From Sulfolobaceae archaeon (GTDB taxonomy: Archaea > Thermoproteota > Thermoprotei_A > Sulfolobales > Sulfolobaceae), in the NCBI GenBank assembly GCA_038893355.1, contig JAWARQ010000002.1:32001-96000 (forward strand): DNA of 64,000 nucleotides, read 5' to 3'. Below, piece after piece: positions 45,876 to 57,660 of this stretch. The notes below the pieces were generated by a model, which saw only the letters and a program-made list of their open reading frames with translations, did no database searches and was not told where the DNA came from. The stretch's first letter is position 1; every line of letters starts with the position of its first letter. Both the position numbers and the translations under genes were made by a program.

Positions 45876-47139
45876 AATAAGGGGAATCTATGCTACTGCA
45901 TTAACATATATTTTTTCCAATATTTTTAAAATAGTGCAACAATCTTTAGAAATCTCTCAAAGATTCAATAAAGAAATAATTAAAGAACCAGCAGAAGTTA
46001 CTATTAAGGACAGTGAGGAAGATAAGGGAAAATTGATTGTAATAAGTGAAAAGGATATACTCGATATCTTAAAGCAAGTATTTAAGTATTCATTTATCTG
46101 GAAATCCCCAGTAAAATTATATGAGGTAATAGAAACAGATGAAGAATGCAAATATAAAGGGTTCATAGTAGAACCTTGCATAAATAAGGGAATGGTAGTA
46201 AGGAGCACATTAGACGGGAAAATTATCCTAACAGAACCGAGGGCAGTAGGGAGAAACTTAATGATCTGGAGAGGGAAGGGAAGAACGTATTTCTCCGAAC
46301 ATATAAGGGATCCATTATTAAAGGCAAAATTATTATCAATAAGTTCATCCATTAATAGAAAAGGTTATGATGTAAAATGGAGAAGTAATGCGGCATTTGC
46401 AAGTCTTGATGAGATAAAGGACGAAATTAGTAGACTGCTAATAAGACTTGAATCAGAAGACTATAAGGGACAAGGAGAAGAATTTTATACTATTACTCTA
46501 TCCTTACAAGATAAATTAGAGTTAGATGAGGTAAGAAAGAAAGTTGTACCCACTACAAAGTTTCACCATATGCTAAAACTAAGTTATGGTAAGGAGGTCG
46601 ATGAAATAGAGATGAAAGGAATAGAATGCCCAAAAGATTTACTTGAAAATTTAATTAATGAATATATTCAAATAGAACATATAAAATTTGATAATAAATT
46701 AAAATTAAAAGCTGGCAAGGTTATTAAGTATAGTATCTATGAATGTGGATATGAAATTTTACTAAAAAGAGAATTTAATAGTCAAGGCATTTATGATGGT
46801 TTAGGAGTTAGTAAAGAGCCTGGAGACTATGATCTAATGTATGTAAACTCTAGTAACTGGTATCAGATACATAAATATTATTCTAAAGATAATAAATTAA
46901 AAGGAATTTACATAAATATTTCAACACCACCGGAATTATTAAGAGGAAGTATAAGATATTTAGACCTTGAATTAGATGTGGTAGTTAAAGAAGGTGGAGA
47001 AGTATACATTATAGATAAAGAAGAGTTAGAGAGAAAAAGAGATCTACTTACTGAAAGCTTATACAATACTGCACTACGAAAAGCCGAAGAGATTGTTAGA
47101 GATATTAAAAATGGAAATTTTAAAGATTTAGTTTTCTAA
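45862..47139 (+). CDS. fau-1: FAU-1 AU-binding RNase (DUF402 domain)
   Basis: [10 protein letters not shown] start, [17 protein letters not shown]. Confidence 0.85.
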   Translation: MLRARIRGIYATALTYIFSNIFKIVQQSLEISQRFNKEIIKEPAEVTIKDSEEDKGKLIVISEKDILDILKQVFKYSFIWKSPVKLYEVIETDEECKYKGFIVEPCINKGMVVRSTLDGKIILTEPRAVGRNLMIWRGKGRTYFSEHIRDPLLKAKLLSISSSINRKGYDVKWRSNAAFASLDEIKDEISRLLIRLESEDYKGQGEEFYTITLSLQDKLELDEVRKKVVPTTKFHHMLKLSYGKEVDEIEMKGIECPKDLLENLINEYIQIEHIKFDNKLKLKAGKVIKYSIYECGYEILLKREFNSQGIYDGLGVSKEPGDYDLMYVNSSNWYQIHKYYSKDNKLKGIYINISTPPELLRGSIRYLDLELDVVVKEGGEVYIIDKEELERKRDLLTESLYNTALRKAEEIVRDIKNGNFKDLVF

Positions 47140-47786
47140 TTTTCTTGTAAAATTTTCTTACCATGATACATTACATTATTTGGTAAGAATGAATTTAATC
47201 GAAATACTCTATTTTCTATAGTTAAAAAACCAAATTTTTCCATGATCTTTCTTAACTCCCATGGAAAATAAAACCTATAAAATCTATATAGTTTTCTGCC
47301 ATTAAAATTACTAATTAACCATACATTCCTCCTAAATAGAAATTTAAACTGAACAAGCCATACTGTTACTATTATCTCTCCTCCTACTTTTAAAACCCTA
47401 TACATTTCTGATATAGCAAGTGAAGGGTCTGGAAGATGATGAAGCGTAGCTAGACAAAGTATTGTAGAAATACTATTATCTCTAAATGGAAGAAATTCCA
47501 TATCTGCCTGAACAAGATTTTCACATCCCCTCTTTTTAGATTCTATTAATTGTTTTTCCGCAATGTCTAAACCTATTACATACCCCTTTAATTTACTACA
47601 ATTATACCCTGCACCGCATCCAATATCTACTACTGGGTCTTTTTTAACTAAATCTAAAAATTTAGAAGGTTTTCTTCTATGAATAATGAATTCGTAAGCT
47701 TCTTTAACCCTCTCTTTAATTAAGTTCTTTTGCGAGATAGGGTCCAAAGTCACGATAGCCCCTCTTTCTATAGTATTCTTTAACAC
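47136..47786 (-). CDS. Class I SAM methyltransferase (Trm9-like candidate)
   Basis: DIGCGAG, LPFRD, LATLHHL, RVLKVGG..TVW; start uncertain, overlaps elp3. Confidence 0.8.
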   Translation of the reverse strand: MLKNTIERGAIVTLDPISQKNLIKERVKEAYEFIIHRRKPSKFLDLVKKDPVVDIGCGAGYNCSKLKGYVIGLDIAEKQLIESKKRGCENLVQADMEFLPFRDNSISTILCLATLHHLPDPSLAISEMYRVLKVGGEIIVTVWLVQFKFLFRRNVWLISNFNGRKLYRFYRFYFPWELRKIMEKFGFLTIENRVFRLNSFLPNNVMYHGKKILQEN

Positions 47787-49131
47787 CTACCCCAGAAAGT
47801 ACCAGTATTCTTTTTGCATCAAATTCTTCCCTCGATATCCTTTCAGCCTCTCTAAGTAACAAAGTACCGTAACCCTTATGTTGGTAAGCCATTTCATCCC
47901 ACTCGCCTACAGGAACTTCTATTCCATAAATATGGAGCTCTCTTATTATCGTAGTTTTCTCGTCTATCTCATTTCTATGAGCCTTTTTAGACGGTACTCT
48001 TAATCTTAAGTAGCCCACTAAAATATCTTGTTCGTCTTCTAGAGATAGGAAAATTTCTATACCTTCACTTGCTTCGTATATTTCCTTCTTTAAACTAATA
48101 TTTTTAGGAGTAATATTTCTATGTAACCACATATAACCTACTTCCCTATATCTAATCTCATTAATTTTTATGCCCTTTTGTAGTGCCCTCTGCTCTACTA
48201 GTTCCCTTAAATTCCCCTTAATATTCCCAGCTAATATCACATCAGCTGGAATATCCCTCTGAATCCTCATTACCCTAACCCATTTTGGTATGTATCTATA
48301 CATTTCAGAAATTAATTCAACTAAAGTCTCTGTATCATATGGCTTATAAAGTCCTTTTTTCCAAAGATATACTAAAGGGGCAGTCTCAACTACTAGGGTA
48401 GGATAAATCTTAAGCATGTCTGGTCTAAAATCTGGATTTCTAAAAATCTCCTTAAATGCTTCTAAGTCTTTGTCTGGATCAGAGCCTGGTAATCCTAGCA
48501 TTACGTGATAAACTACCTTAAATCCCGAATCCTTTAAAATTCTAGTAGAATCTATAGAATCCTTTACAGTATGACCTCTATTCGTTATTTTTAATATTTC
48601 ATCATATATCGTCTGTACTCCTAATTCAACCTTAGTAACTCCCAAATTTAACATAATATCAGCCTGAGGTTCTTTAGCCCAATCTGGTTTAGTCTCTACG
48701 GTTATTCCGACTGCTCTATGAACTGCTTTTTCATTTCTCGTTTTAGCATCTTCAAGATAAACGAATTTTGGCTTTTCTTTACTCGGATATCTATTCATGG
48801 CTTCTAATGCCATGGTAACGAACCATTCTTGATAATCTAAAGGCATCGCAGTAAAAGTACCACCCATTATAATTAATTCAATTTTACTAGGATTATGGCC
48901 TAGATAGTAGTACTGAGAAAGCCTAGAATATACTTGATAATAAGGATCAAAATTATTCTCAATTGCTCTCATTAATGCAGGTTCTCTGCCATAATAACTT
49001 TGGGGCGTATTATATTCTACTCCACCAGGGCAAAAAATACATTTACCATGAGGACATCTACTAGGACTTGTCATAATTGCTACTATACTTACTCCAGCCA
49101 TCATCCTTGTTAACTTTCTTATAACCTTCAT
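47716..49131 (-). CDS. elp3: Elp3 tRNA U34 carboxymethyltransferase (rSAM + KAT)
   Basis: [35 protein letters not shown]. Confidence 0.95.
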   Translation of the reverse strand: MKVIRKLTRMMAGVSIVAIMTSPSRCPHGKCIFCPGGVEYNTPQSYYGREPALMRAIENNFDPYYQVYSRLSQYYYLGHNPSKIELIIMGGTFTAMPLDYQEWFVTMALEAMNRYPSKEKPKFVYLEDAKTRNEKAVHRAVGITVETKPDWAKEPQADIMLNLGVTKVELGVQTIYDEILKITNRGHTVKDSIDSTRILKDSGFKVVYHVMLGLPGSDPDKDLEAFKEIFRNPDFRPDMLKIYPTLVVETAPLVYLWKKGLYKPYDTETLVELISEMYRYIPKWVRVMRIQRDIPADVILAGNIKGNLRELVEQRALQKGIKINEIRYREVGYMWLHRNITPKNISLKKEIYEASEGIEIFLSLEDEQDILVGYLRLRVPSKKAHRNEIDEKTTIIRELHIYGIEVPVGEWDEMAYQHKGYGTLLLREAERISREEFDAKRILVLSGVGVKEYYRKRGYRDFGPYLAKELN

Positions 49132-49193
49132 CTAATTATGATAGTGAATTTCAAGTATTTATTCTCGTTCATTTTCAAAACATTTTAGAACAA

Positions 49194-50312
49194 ATGAAGC
49201 ATTATACTAGCGAATTGGATAAAATATATGCATATGCAAACGCAGTTGCTAGAATCTTAAAGTATCATATATCATCAGAATTGGCTTTTAAAATTGTTAA
49301 AAGTAAATATTCACTGAATAATTTAGATTTTAGTGAATTTCTTAAAATAATTAAATATTTTTGGTATTATAAAGAAATTTATCCATTCAGAGATATAAAT
49401 GAAATTATTGAGATCATATTAAAATCTCCAAATGAAAAAATAGATATATCTAAAATATTGCCAGATTGGATGTATGAAAAATTATTTAAATACATAGGTG
49501 AGGAAGGTATTAAAGGCATATTTGAAAGGAAGTATTGGATAAGAATAAATAAACTAAAAGGGGATGTAGATAAAGTTGTAAAGAGACTAGAAAATCAAGG
49601 ATTTACTTTAGTCCAAGATGAAAATTTTTCTAATCTATTCTATATAGAGGAATCACCATATCCAATATCTAGAACTAAAGAATTTAAAGAAGGTCTAGTA
49701 ATTCCCAATGATAAGTCAAGCATGCTAGTGGTCTCAGCGTTAAATCCTAAGCCTAATGAAGTTATTTTAGAAATAGGTAGTGCACCCGGAATTAAGACTA
49801 GTATTATTCAAGAATTTACTGAGAATAAAGCAAGAGTAATATGTGTTGACCTCTCAGAAAGAAGGATAAATACTCAAAAAAAGTTAATGAAAAAATTAGG
49901 AGTAGATAATATTGAATTGGTAAATGCTGATGCATTAAATTTATCATTAAGAAATTTCGATATTGATAAAATATTATTAGATGCACCGTGTAGCAACAGT
50001 GGAACGATCAATACGGATCCTAGTATTATTATAAAACTAAATAAAGATTTAGTGAATTTCTATTCAAAACTTCAACGAAAACTTCTCTATAGATTATCTT
50101 TATTAGAAAAACCCATAGTATTCTCTACCTGCTCCCTTTTTTATGATGAAGGTGAAAAAGTTGTAGAGAATTTTTCAAAATACTTAAAAAGACCATTAAA
50201 TTTAGATAAAAGTTATAATGGTTATGGGAAAAATTCTGATAAAGTAATTAGGACTTTTCCACATAAGCATAAAACTCAAGGATTTTTTATTTCGCTAATA
50301 GATTTATCTTGA
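49194..50312 (+). CDS. RsmB/NOP2 RNA m5C methyltransferase
   Basis: SAPGIKT, DAPCS, FSTCS. Confidence 0.9.
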   Translation: MKHYTSELDKIYAYANAVARILKYHISSELAFKIVKSKYSLNNLDFSEFLKIIKYFWYYKEIYPFRDINEIIEIILKSPNEKIDISKILPDWMYEKLFKYIGEEGIKGIFERKYWIRINKLKGDVDKVVKRLENQGFTLVQDENFSNLFYIEESPYPISRTKEFKEGLVIPNDKSSMLVVSALNPKPNEVILEIGSAPGIKTSIIQEFTENKARVICVDLSERRINTQKKLMKKLGVDNIELVNADALNLSLRNFDIDKILLDAPCSNSGTINTDPSIIIKLNKDLVNFYSKLQRKLLYRLSLLEKPIVFSTCSLFYDEGEKVVENFSKYLKRPLNLDKSYNGYGKNSDKVIRTFPHKHKTQGFFISLIDLS

Positions 50313-50380
50313 TATTAGAAAGAACGAGAATAATGGAAATACTTAATACTATGAAGAATGAATAAGATACTTTTAATACT

Positions 50381-51049
50381 TTGAATTCAAGAATGAATTT
50401 TATGGCTAATAAAGGAGGATTAGGAGAAGTAGTTTATGAAAAACTTAAGCAGGATATTCTCTCCGGAAAATTCTCACCTAAGGATAAGTTAAATGAAAAT
50501 GCTATTGCAGAACTTTATAAAGTAAGTAGAACTCCAGTTAGAGAAGCTCTACAAAAGTTAGCAAAAGAAGGATTAGTAGTGAAGAAAGAAGATGGCTATT
50601 ATGTAGCATATTTAACAAAGGAAGAGATATTAAAGGTTTTTGAAGCAAGGATTGCACTTGAGACGTATATAGCTAGTAAAGTTTCATCTATAAAAAATTT
50701 AGAAAAAATTAAAAAGTTATCAGAAATAATAAATGATTTAGAAAAAATTAAGGAAAATAATGATAAAATAAAAGAGATAGAAGAATTAATAAATAGGTTT
50801 CATTTAGAGCTAGCTAAGGCTTCTGATAACGAATTCCTTTATGAGTTTGTAGAGCAATTGTTATCTAGGTTAATTGTGACTAAAATTTCTTCTGTTATAG
50901 TAACTGAAATGAAGTTATCCATAATTGAGAGACTAAAGAAAATTCTCGAAGAATTAGAAGCTAATAATCCAGAAATGGCAAGGAATGAGATGAAAAACTA
51001 TCTTGAAGCATTAGTTGATTATATAAAGAAAACCGTAATAATTATTTAA
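50381..51049 (+). CDS. GntR/FCD transcriptional regulator
   Basis: VSRTPVREAL HTH; FH..L FCD motif; start may be ATG 50402. Confidence 0.9.
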   Translation: MNSRMNFMANKGGLGEVVYEKLKQDILSGKFSPKDKLNENAIAELYKVSRTPVREALQKLAKEGLVVKKEDGYYVAYLTKEEILKVFEARIALETYIASKVSSIKNLEKIKKLSEIINDLEKIKENNDKIKEIEELINRFHLELAKASDNEFLYEFVEQLLSRLIVTKISSVIVTEMKLSIIERLKKILEELEANNPEMARNEMKNYLEALVDYIKKTVIII

Positions 51050-52059
51050 AACATTGCTGCTACCAATTCATCTTCTTTAACTTCAACATCTTCCTCTCCA
51101 CTTATTCCTATCTCTGGCATAGATGGGACTTTAATTCCGTATTTCTTTAATCCGCCGGCAATTCTAATCACTGCCTCTTTCCAAATTTTTTCCCTTTCAT
51201 CTAAAGGCGGTATACCTAAACCGCCTAAATTTGCAAGTTCCTCCATTTTTTCATGAACCTCCAAATACCATGCAGGTAATTTCCAAAATTCCTTAGGAGG
51301 TCTATAGGTAATTAATGAAAGAAATACGAAGCCGGCCCTTATTTGCTTGGTTATAAAACTCTTTTTCTCATCATTCATCTTAGCTACATTCTCATGTAGT
51401 AATAGATGAGTAAAAGCGTAATGCCTAGTTTCATCGGTTGTTAAATTCCTAAATGCTTGCCTAAAAGTAGGTATCTTACTTCTGTCCTTCATACTACTGA
51501 AAATTGAGGTTGCAGCAGCTTCTCCCATCATAAATGAAGTGAATAAGACATCCAAAGTATATTTTTTATAGGCCTCTAGATATCCTTTCCAATACCTAGA
51601 ACCATTCCACCATACCCACTCAACATTTAATATAGCCTTTCTTTCTAAATCGTCTTTTGGTTTATAATTAAATGGAAATCCAGGAATTGCATTCTCTATA
51701 GCAAGCCCGCATAGAACATTATGTCTATTCTCGTCATAAGTTATTGTAGTAAGCAAGGCTCTTACTGGTAATGGCATTTTCTTTTCGGTAGCTTTGATTA
51801 ATGCATAGGCAAATACTGGCGTTGCGTTATCGAAATTGGAAAGTAGTGCCCACCAATAAGCAATAGCAAACCTCTGTTTATGATCTAATCCATTAATTAT
51901 CTCTTTATAGCTTTCCCAATCTAGCTCTTCCTCATCCCATTGCTCTCTCTTAGCTCTTCTATACAACTTCCACGCTAAATTATTATCAAAATCCCATTTA
52001 GGTGGATATATATTATCTTCAGGATATATTGGGTCGTTATCATAATTTATATTTTCCAT
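51046..52059 (-). CDS. Ferritin-like di-iron protein
   Basis: Two ExxH motifs (DENRH, DETRH) with intervening GE. Confidence 0.75.
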   Translation of the reverse strand: MENINYDNDPIYPEDNIYPPKWDFDNNLAWKLYRRAKREQWDEEELDWESYKEIINGLDHKQRFAIAYWWALLSNFDNATPVFAYALIKATEKKMPLPVRALLTTITYDENRHNVLCGLAIENAIPGFPFNYKPKDDLERKAILNVEWVWWNGSRYWKGYLEAYKKYTLDVLFTSFMMGEAAATSIFSSMKDRSKIPTFRQAFRNLTTDETRHYAFTHLLLHENVAKMNDEKKSFITKQIRAGFVFLSLITYRPPKEFWKLPAWYLEVHEKMEELANLGGLGIPPLDEREKIWKEAVIRIAGGLKKYGIKVPSMPEIGISGEEDVEVKEDELVAAMF

Positions 52060-52169
52060 ACTATCACATATATATGTTATTAATTGTTATATATAAGCAT
52101 TACTACAATAAACTCTTAACCTTAGTTTCTACAATTATAATATCTTTTTATAAAAAACAAATAAAAATT

Positions 52170-53192
52170 TTATAAATTAAATTCTTTTGCATATTCAAAT
52201 ATTCCTTTAGGCCAATTAAGTCCTAGCTTAGTAGCAATATTTATATCATCACGTGATGCTACACCCTCCATTTCTAGCCAATAAGCTTCCTTAATAGCTT
52301 CAATGAGTAACTCTTCCTTTCGTGGTTTCTTAGAAACACTTTCAGGAATTTTAGGCTTATTGCTACTCCAATCATAAAATCCTTTACCGGTTTTTAAACC
52401 TAATCTTCCTTCTTTTACTAATTTTTCAAAATAATCACAAGTAAAATCAAAACCCCTTCTTCTAACTTCATTCGAAATTTGATAGTTTATATCTATTCCA
52501 GTATAGTCTAAAAGTTCAAATATGCCCATAGGAAACCCTAATTCATACTTAGCTACATAATCTATCTCTTCATGAGAATAATTTTTAAGCAATTTACATG
52601 CAGTAGAGAAAATCCTAAATAAAATTCTATTAACAACAAATCCTACAACATCCTTTCTAACTGCTATTGGAACTTTTTCAATTGATTTTACTATTTCTAT
52701 AGCAGTAAGAAACACATTATCTGCAGTATAATTCCCCTTTATAACCTCCACTAGCCTCATTAGTACTGGTGGATTAAAGAAATGCATTCCCAAAAATCTA
52801 TGTGGATTTTTGACTGAAATTGAAAGTTCAGTTATAGGTATACTACTAGTATTTGTTGCAATTATAGAATTAATATTTGCGTACTCACTAACTTTCTTAA
52901 AGAGGTTAGATTTAATCTCAAAGTCCTCTGGAACAGCTTCTATTATAAGTTCAGAATCTTTAACCGCAATTGCTAAATCTCTTGTAGTTACAATATTTGA
53001 CATAATATTGTTTATATCAGATTTTAATTTACCTTTCTCCTTAAGTTTTATTAAAGATTCCCTTATTCTTTGAATTGCCTTATTTAATGCTTCATCGAAT
53101 ATATCATATAAATAAACTTTATTGCCATAAATTGCAAAAACTTCCGCTATTCCATGACCCATAGTTCCTGCTCCAAGTACAGAAACAATCAT
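52170..53192 (-). CDS. 3-hydroxyacyl-CoA dehydrogenase
   Basis: GAGTMG, EAVPE, TNTSS, MHFFNP. Confidence 0.92.
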   Translation of the reverse strand: MIVSVLGAGTMGHGIAEVFAIYGNKVYLYDIFDEALNKAIQRIRESLIKLKEKGKLKSDINNIMSNIVTTRDLAIAVKDSELIIEAVPEDFEIKSNLFKKVSEYANINSIIATNTSSIPITELSISVKNPHRFLGMHFFNPPVLMRLVEVIKGNYTADNVFLTAIEIVKSIEKVPIAVRKDVVGFVVNRILFRIFSTACKLLKNYSHEEIDYVAKYELGFPMGIFELLDYTGIDINYQISNEVRRRGFDFTCDYFEKLVKEGRLGLKTGKGFYDWSSNKPKIPESVSKKPRKEELLIEAIKEAYWLEMEGVASRDDINIATKLGLNWPKGIFEYAKEFNL

Positions 53193-54481
53193 TGTCTTAT
53201 GATCACCCTCCTAGACTTTCCTTCCCATCTAGGTAAAGTTCCAATTGGTACAATCTCAATTTCAGGTTTTACGAAAGCGACCTCCATAATACCTTCCTCT
53301 AGCCTTTTCTTATCTATTACTTCTTCTGCTTCAATTTTAATAATTACTTTTCCTTCTATTTTATCTACAATTATTTGATATTCTCTTACAGGAAATCTCA
53401 TAATTACAGACTCTACTGCCATAGGATATATCTTAACACCTTTAAAGAATATTACATCGTCTATCCTACCTTTAATCCTCTTAATTTTAGAGTGTGGAAT
53501 ATCATCATCACTATGTCTTATTGCAGTAATATCCCTAGTTCTGTATCTTATTACAGGCATAGCATCCTTACTTAAGGTCGTTAATACTAATTCTCCTTCC
53601 TCTTCCTCTCCTCCTACTAGTTCACCAGAGGTAGGATCTATAATTTCAACATAGAAATGATCCTCCCAAATATGCAGCCATTCATGATTATCATAGGGAC
53701 ATTCTTGTGCAACGCCAGGTCCAATAGCTTCTGTTAAACCGTAAATTATTCTAGCGCCACCACCTCTAGATTTTAGACCTAATCCTTTTTCTATCTTTTC
53801 TAGCATTTCCACTGTCATTGGTTCTGCTCCTGGAATTGCAAGCCTTAGATTTAATTCTTTTTCTGGATCTATGCCCAATCTCTTTATAGTTTCCACTATA
53901 TATAGCTCATAAGATGGAGTTCCAGTAATTACTGTTGCCTTAAAATCCTTAATAGCTTTAATCAAAGCTTCTGTTCTTCCAACACTCCACGGGATAACCT
54001 TAGCGCCTATTCTTTGAATTCCAATATGTAACCCAATACCACCAGTAAATAAACCATATCCATAAATATTTACAACTATATCTTTAACTGTAACACCTGC
54101 AGTCCTTAAACATCTACCAACTAGATCAGCCCATAATTCCATATCGTTTTTAGTATAAGCACCAACAGTAGGTATACCTGTTGTGCCAGACGTCATGTGC
54201 CACCCTACTAACTCCTCGAAATTTACAGCAAGAAACTCCCCACCGTAAGGATAAGCATAGTTTCTTAAATCATCTTTAGTAGTAAATGGCACCTTCTTTG
54301 AAAAATCCTCTGGTGATTTTATATCCTCTGGCGTAATTCCCCTACTTTTGAATACCTTTCTATAGAAAGGTATGTTTTCATAAGCCCTCTTTATTAATTT
54401 TCTTAACTTAAACCATTGAATTTCCTTAATTTCTTCTCTTTTTAACGCCTTAGGATCTGTTTGGTCATATTCCTTTATCAT
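53189..54481 (-). CDS. paaK: Phenylacetate-CoA ligase family protein
   Basis: TSGTTG.P, YGYGLFTGG, YGLTE, RYRTRD. Confidence 0.85.
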   Translation of the reverse strand: MIKEYDQTDPKALKREEIKEIQWFKLRKLIKRAYENIPFYRKVFKSRGITPEDIKSPEDFSKKVPFTTKDDLRNYAYPYGGEFLAVNFEELVGWHMTSGTTGIPTVGAYTKNDMELWADLVGRCLRTAGVTVKDIVVNIYGYGLFTGGIGLHIGIQRIGAKVIPWSVGRTEALIKAIKDFKATVITGTPSYELYIVETIKRLGIDPEKELNLRLAIPGAEPMTVEMLEKIEKGLGLKSRGGGARIIYGLTEAIGPGVAQECPYDNHEWLHIWEDHFYVEIIDPTSGELVGGEEEEGELVLTTLSKDAMPVIRYRTRDITAIRHSDDDIPHSKIKRIKGRIDDVIFFKGVKIYPMAVESVIMRFPVREYQIIVDKIEGKVIIKIEAEEVIDKKRLEEGIMEVAFVKPEIEIVPIGTLPRWEGKSRRVIIRQ

Positions 54482-54864
54482 TCTATCACCTCCGCAATAA
54501 CCCTTAAACCATCAGTTGTTAATCGTACTTTACTTCCAACCTTTGGCTTTCCTTTAACCCAACACATTAACCCTATTCCATCCTTATTCTTCACTATTCC
54601 TACAATATAATCTGAATAATTTTCAAAACCTTGAGGCTTTTGCACTACTATACTATAAGTCATGAGTTCTCCTTCTTTAGATAGACTAAACCACTCCATG
54701 TCACTCGATTTACAGTTTGCACAATCTAACTGTGGAGGATAATATATCTCGCCACATTTTTTACACTTAGTTGCTAAAATTTCTCCTTTTTTAAGACCTT
54801 CTATATATTCTCTTGGGTATTCAATGGTATATCTTAGATTTAACGGTATTGCATCGATTTGCAA
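54478..54864 (-). CDS. Zn-ribbon/OB-fold (DUF35) thiolase partner
   Basis: CxxC...PP...CxxC. Confidence 0.88.
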   Translation of the reverse strand: MQIDAIPLNLRYTIEYPREYIEGLKKGEILATKCKKCGEIYYPPQLDCANCKSSDMEWFSLSKEGELMTYSIVVQKPQGFENYSDYIVGIVKNKDGIGLMCWVKGKPKVGSKVRLTTDGLRVIAEVIE

Positions 54865-54868
54865 TATC

Positions 54869-56038
54869 TCACCTCTTAAGTATCATTACATATGCAAAGT
54901 GTCCAGTTCCTCCAACATTATGAACAAGACCAATATATCTCTTTAATGGATGCTGTAAAGGACCTGCCTCTTCCCTAAGTTGTTTATATATTTCATAAAT
55001 CATACTAAGCCCAGTTGCCCCTAGTGGATGACCTTTAGCCTTTAAGCCGCCAAATAAATTTACTCCTACTTTTCCTCCCTTCTCACTTTGACCTTCTTCA
55101 ATAAATTTACCACCCTTTCCCTTTTCAACAAAGCCCAAATCTTCATAACCTATTATTTCCGCAATAGTAAATGCATCATGTACAGTTGCTACTTCAACCA
55201 TATTAGGCTCAATCTTGGCCATTTTATATGCAGTTCTTGCTGCAAGTTGAGTAGCTCTAAAACTCGTCCATTCTCCTCTTCTAGCAACATAAGCATAATC
55301 ATTTGCATAACCTATGCCCTCTACCCATACTGGGTCACTAATCTTTAATTCCTTCACTTTATCCTCAGAAGCAAAGATTACTGTAGCAGATCCATCACTA
55401 ATGGGACAAGAATCTAAAAGTTTAATTGGCCATGCTATAATCCTAGACTTTAATACATCTTCAACTGTTATTTTATTCTGGAAGTGAGCCTTAGGATTCA
55501 TTGAACCATACTTATGAGCTTTAACGGCAACCATTGCCATTTGTTCTTCAGTAGTACCATATACTGCCATATGTCTAGTAGCGTACAGTGCATAATACAT
55601 AGGGAAAGTTGTACCGTAAAAATGATATTCCCAAATATAATTACCTCCTCTACCTCCTATTGCTAATGAAGTAGAAGTATCAACTTCCGTCATCTTGTCC
55701 ACACCGACCGCCATAACTATATCAGCTAATCCAGAGGATATCATATTTACCGCAAGAAATGCAGCTGCTAGACCAGTTGCACACATTGCCTCAACCCTCA
55801 TCGGCAACTTTCCTACCATCTTTGAGTAATCAGTTACTGGTAACGCAGGGTAAATTTCCACACCCCTATATGCAGTACTTCCAACTACTATACTATCAAT
55901 GTCTTTCTGATCAATCCCACTATCCTCAAAAGCTTCTTTAATAGATTCCCATGCTAATGAGGAAACTGTCTTGTCTTGCCTCTTGCCGAATTTAGAATTT
56001 CCAGCACCAATTATTGCAACTTTTCTTCTTAACGACAT
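54869..56038 (-). CDS. Thiolase (SCP2-type)
   Basis: EAMCATG, HDAF, GHPLGATG, HNVGG. Confidence 0.92.
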   Translation of the reverse strand: MSLRRKVAIIGAGNSKFGKRQDKTVSSLAWESIKEAFEDSGIDQKDIDSIVVGSTAYRGVEIYPALPVTDYSKMVGKLPMRVEAMCATGLAAAFLAVNMISSGLADIVMAVGVDKMTEVDTSTSLAIGGRGGNYIWEYHFYGTTFPMYYALYATRHMAVYGTTEEQMAMVAVKAHKYGSMNPKAHFQNKITVEDVLKSRIIAWPIKLLDSCPISDGSATVIFASEDKVKELKISDPVWVEGIGYANDYAYVARRGEWTSFRATQLAARTAYKMAKIEPNMVEVATVHDAFTIAEIIGYEDLGFVEKGKGGKFIEEGQSEKGGKVGVNLFGGLKAKGHPLGATGLSMIYEIYKQLREEAGPLQHPLKRYIGLVHNVGGTGHFAYVMILKR

Positions 56039-56114
56039 CAGTGTTATCTTGATATAATGGGATATAAATGTTTATATGAAAAATTATATATGCTATCAGT
56101 TCCAATAATTTTTA

Positions 56115-56888
56115 ATGACCCTAGTATATGAAACGATAAAAGTTGAAAAAATAGGGAGAATATGCATAATTAGACTAAATAGGCCTGATAAACTTAACGC
56201 AATAAATATAAAAATGGTAGACGAACTTGTAGATGCACTTAATCAAATAGAGAATGATAATGATATAAGAGTAGTGATAATAACCGGAAGTGGAAGAGCA
56301 TTTAGTGCAGGTGCTGATGTTAAGGAAATGGTTGACTCTAAATTAGAATTTATAATTAGAAAAGGCCATTTACCGCTGTGGGAAAGATTAAGGAACTTTA
56401 GAAAGCCAATTATTGCAGCTCTTAATGGAATTACTGCAGGCGGAGGATTAGAGTTAGCTATGGCTTGTGATATAATAATAGCAGCAGAATCTGCTATGTT
56501 AGGGCAACCGGAAATTAATCTAGGAATAATGCCAGGGGCAGGTGGAACGCAAAGATTAACAAGGACTATTGGAAAGTATAAGGCAATGGAATTGGTTTTA
56601 ACTGGTAAGCTTATTTCCGCAAGAGAAGCAGAAAGACTTGGTCTTGTTACAAAAGTAGTACCAGATGAGGCGTTGTTAGATGAGGCGTTAAGACTTGCAA
56701 ATGAGATAGCTTCAAAGCCACCTTTGGCCGTAGAATTAGCTAAAGAAGCTGTAAATAGAGCTCTAGAGACTAATCTGCAGCAAGGATTAGATATAGAAAG
56801 GAGAAATTTCATTTTAACATTAGCTACTGAAGATGCAAAAGAAGGAATGATGGCCTTTTTAGAAAAGAGAAAACCTAGGTGGTCTTAA
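56115..56888 (+). CDS. Enoyl-CoA hydratase (PaaF-like)
   Basis: AFSAGAD, GGGLEL, PEINLG.MPGAGGTQRL. Confidence 0.9.
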   Translation: MTLVYETIKVEKIGRICIIRLNRPDKLNAINIKMVDELVDALNQIENDNDIRVVIITGSGRAFSAGADVKEMVDSKLEFIIRKGHLPLWERLRNFRKPIIAALNGITAGGGLELAMACDIIIAAESAMLGQPEINLGIMPGAGGTQRLTRTIGKYKAMELVLTGKLISAREAERLGLVTKVVPDEALLDEALRLANEIASKPPLAVELAKEAVNRALETNLQQGLDIERRNFILTLATEDAKEGMMAFLEKRKPRWS

Positions 56889-57637
56889 TGTTAGAGACAG
56901 TAATTAAAAATAAGTATGCTATAGTAACGTTAAATAGGCAAGATAAACTTAATGCTCTAAATAAGGAGTTAAGGTCAAAATTATTAGGAACATTAAGGCA
57001 ATTAAATAATAACCCTGAAATTAGAGTTGTGATACTAACTGGTGCAGGTAGAGCATTCTGTGTAGGTGCAGACGTAAGCGAAGATGTTAAAGATGTTTAT
57101 GAAGATTTAAAGTATAGTTTTCATCCATTAATTTATGAAATAAGAAATCCTAACAAAATATATATTGCGGCAATAAATGGGGTAACAGCCGGTGCATGTA
57201 TAGGATTAGCTCTATCTTGTGACATAAGGATAGCCAAAAAGGGTGTAAGATTTATAACTGCGTTTCAAAGATTAGGTTTAACATCAGATACTGGCGTAGC
57301 GTATTTCCTCTTAAAACTTGCACCAAATCAAAGAACTTACGAGCTTTCCATTATAGGGGGAGAGTTTACTTCTGATGAGGCTAGTATATGGGGTTTAATG
57401 AAATTAGCCGATGAGCCCTTAAGCGAAGCTGAAAAGATAGCAACTCAGATAGTTGAAGGTCCATTCTTATCTTATATCAGTGGAAAGAAAATGGTTAACA
57501 TGGTACTGTATCATGATCTAGATAGATTCCTAGACTACGAGGCACAATTACAAGGTATGTTAGGTAAAAGTGAAGATTTTAAGGAAGGTGTTTCTGCATT
57601 TAGGGAAAAGAGAGAACCTAAGTTTAAAGGGGTCTAA
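56888..57637 (+). CDS. Crotonase-family isomerase (PaaG-like)
   Basis: AFCVGAD, AFQRLGLTSD with Asp in place of the catalytic Glu pair. Confidence 0.8.
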   Translation: MLETVIKNKYAIVTLNRQDKLNALNKELRSKLLGTLRQLNNNPEIRVVILTGAGRAFCVGADVSEDVKDVYEDLKYSFHPLIYEIRNPNKIYIAAINGVTAGACIGLALSCDIRIAKKGVRFITAFQRLGLTSDTGVAYFLLKLAPNQRTYELSIIGGEFTSDEASIWGLMKLADEPLSEAEKIATQIVEGPFLSYISGKKMVNMVLYHDLDRFLDYEAQLQGMLGKSEDFKEGVSAFREKREPKFKGV

Positions 57638-57660
57638 TCTATTTCTACTATAAGTAGAAG

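Noticed and set aside
56243-56812. 189-aa antisense ORF and similar shadow ORFs (e.g. 45422-45748, 45957-46352, 937-1149, 21283-21552)
   Set aside because: They lie opposite well-supported genes and have no motifs
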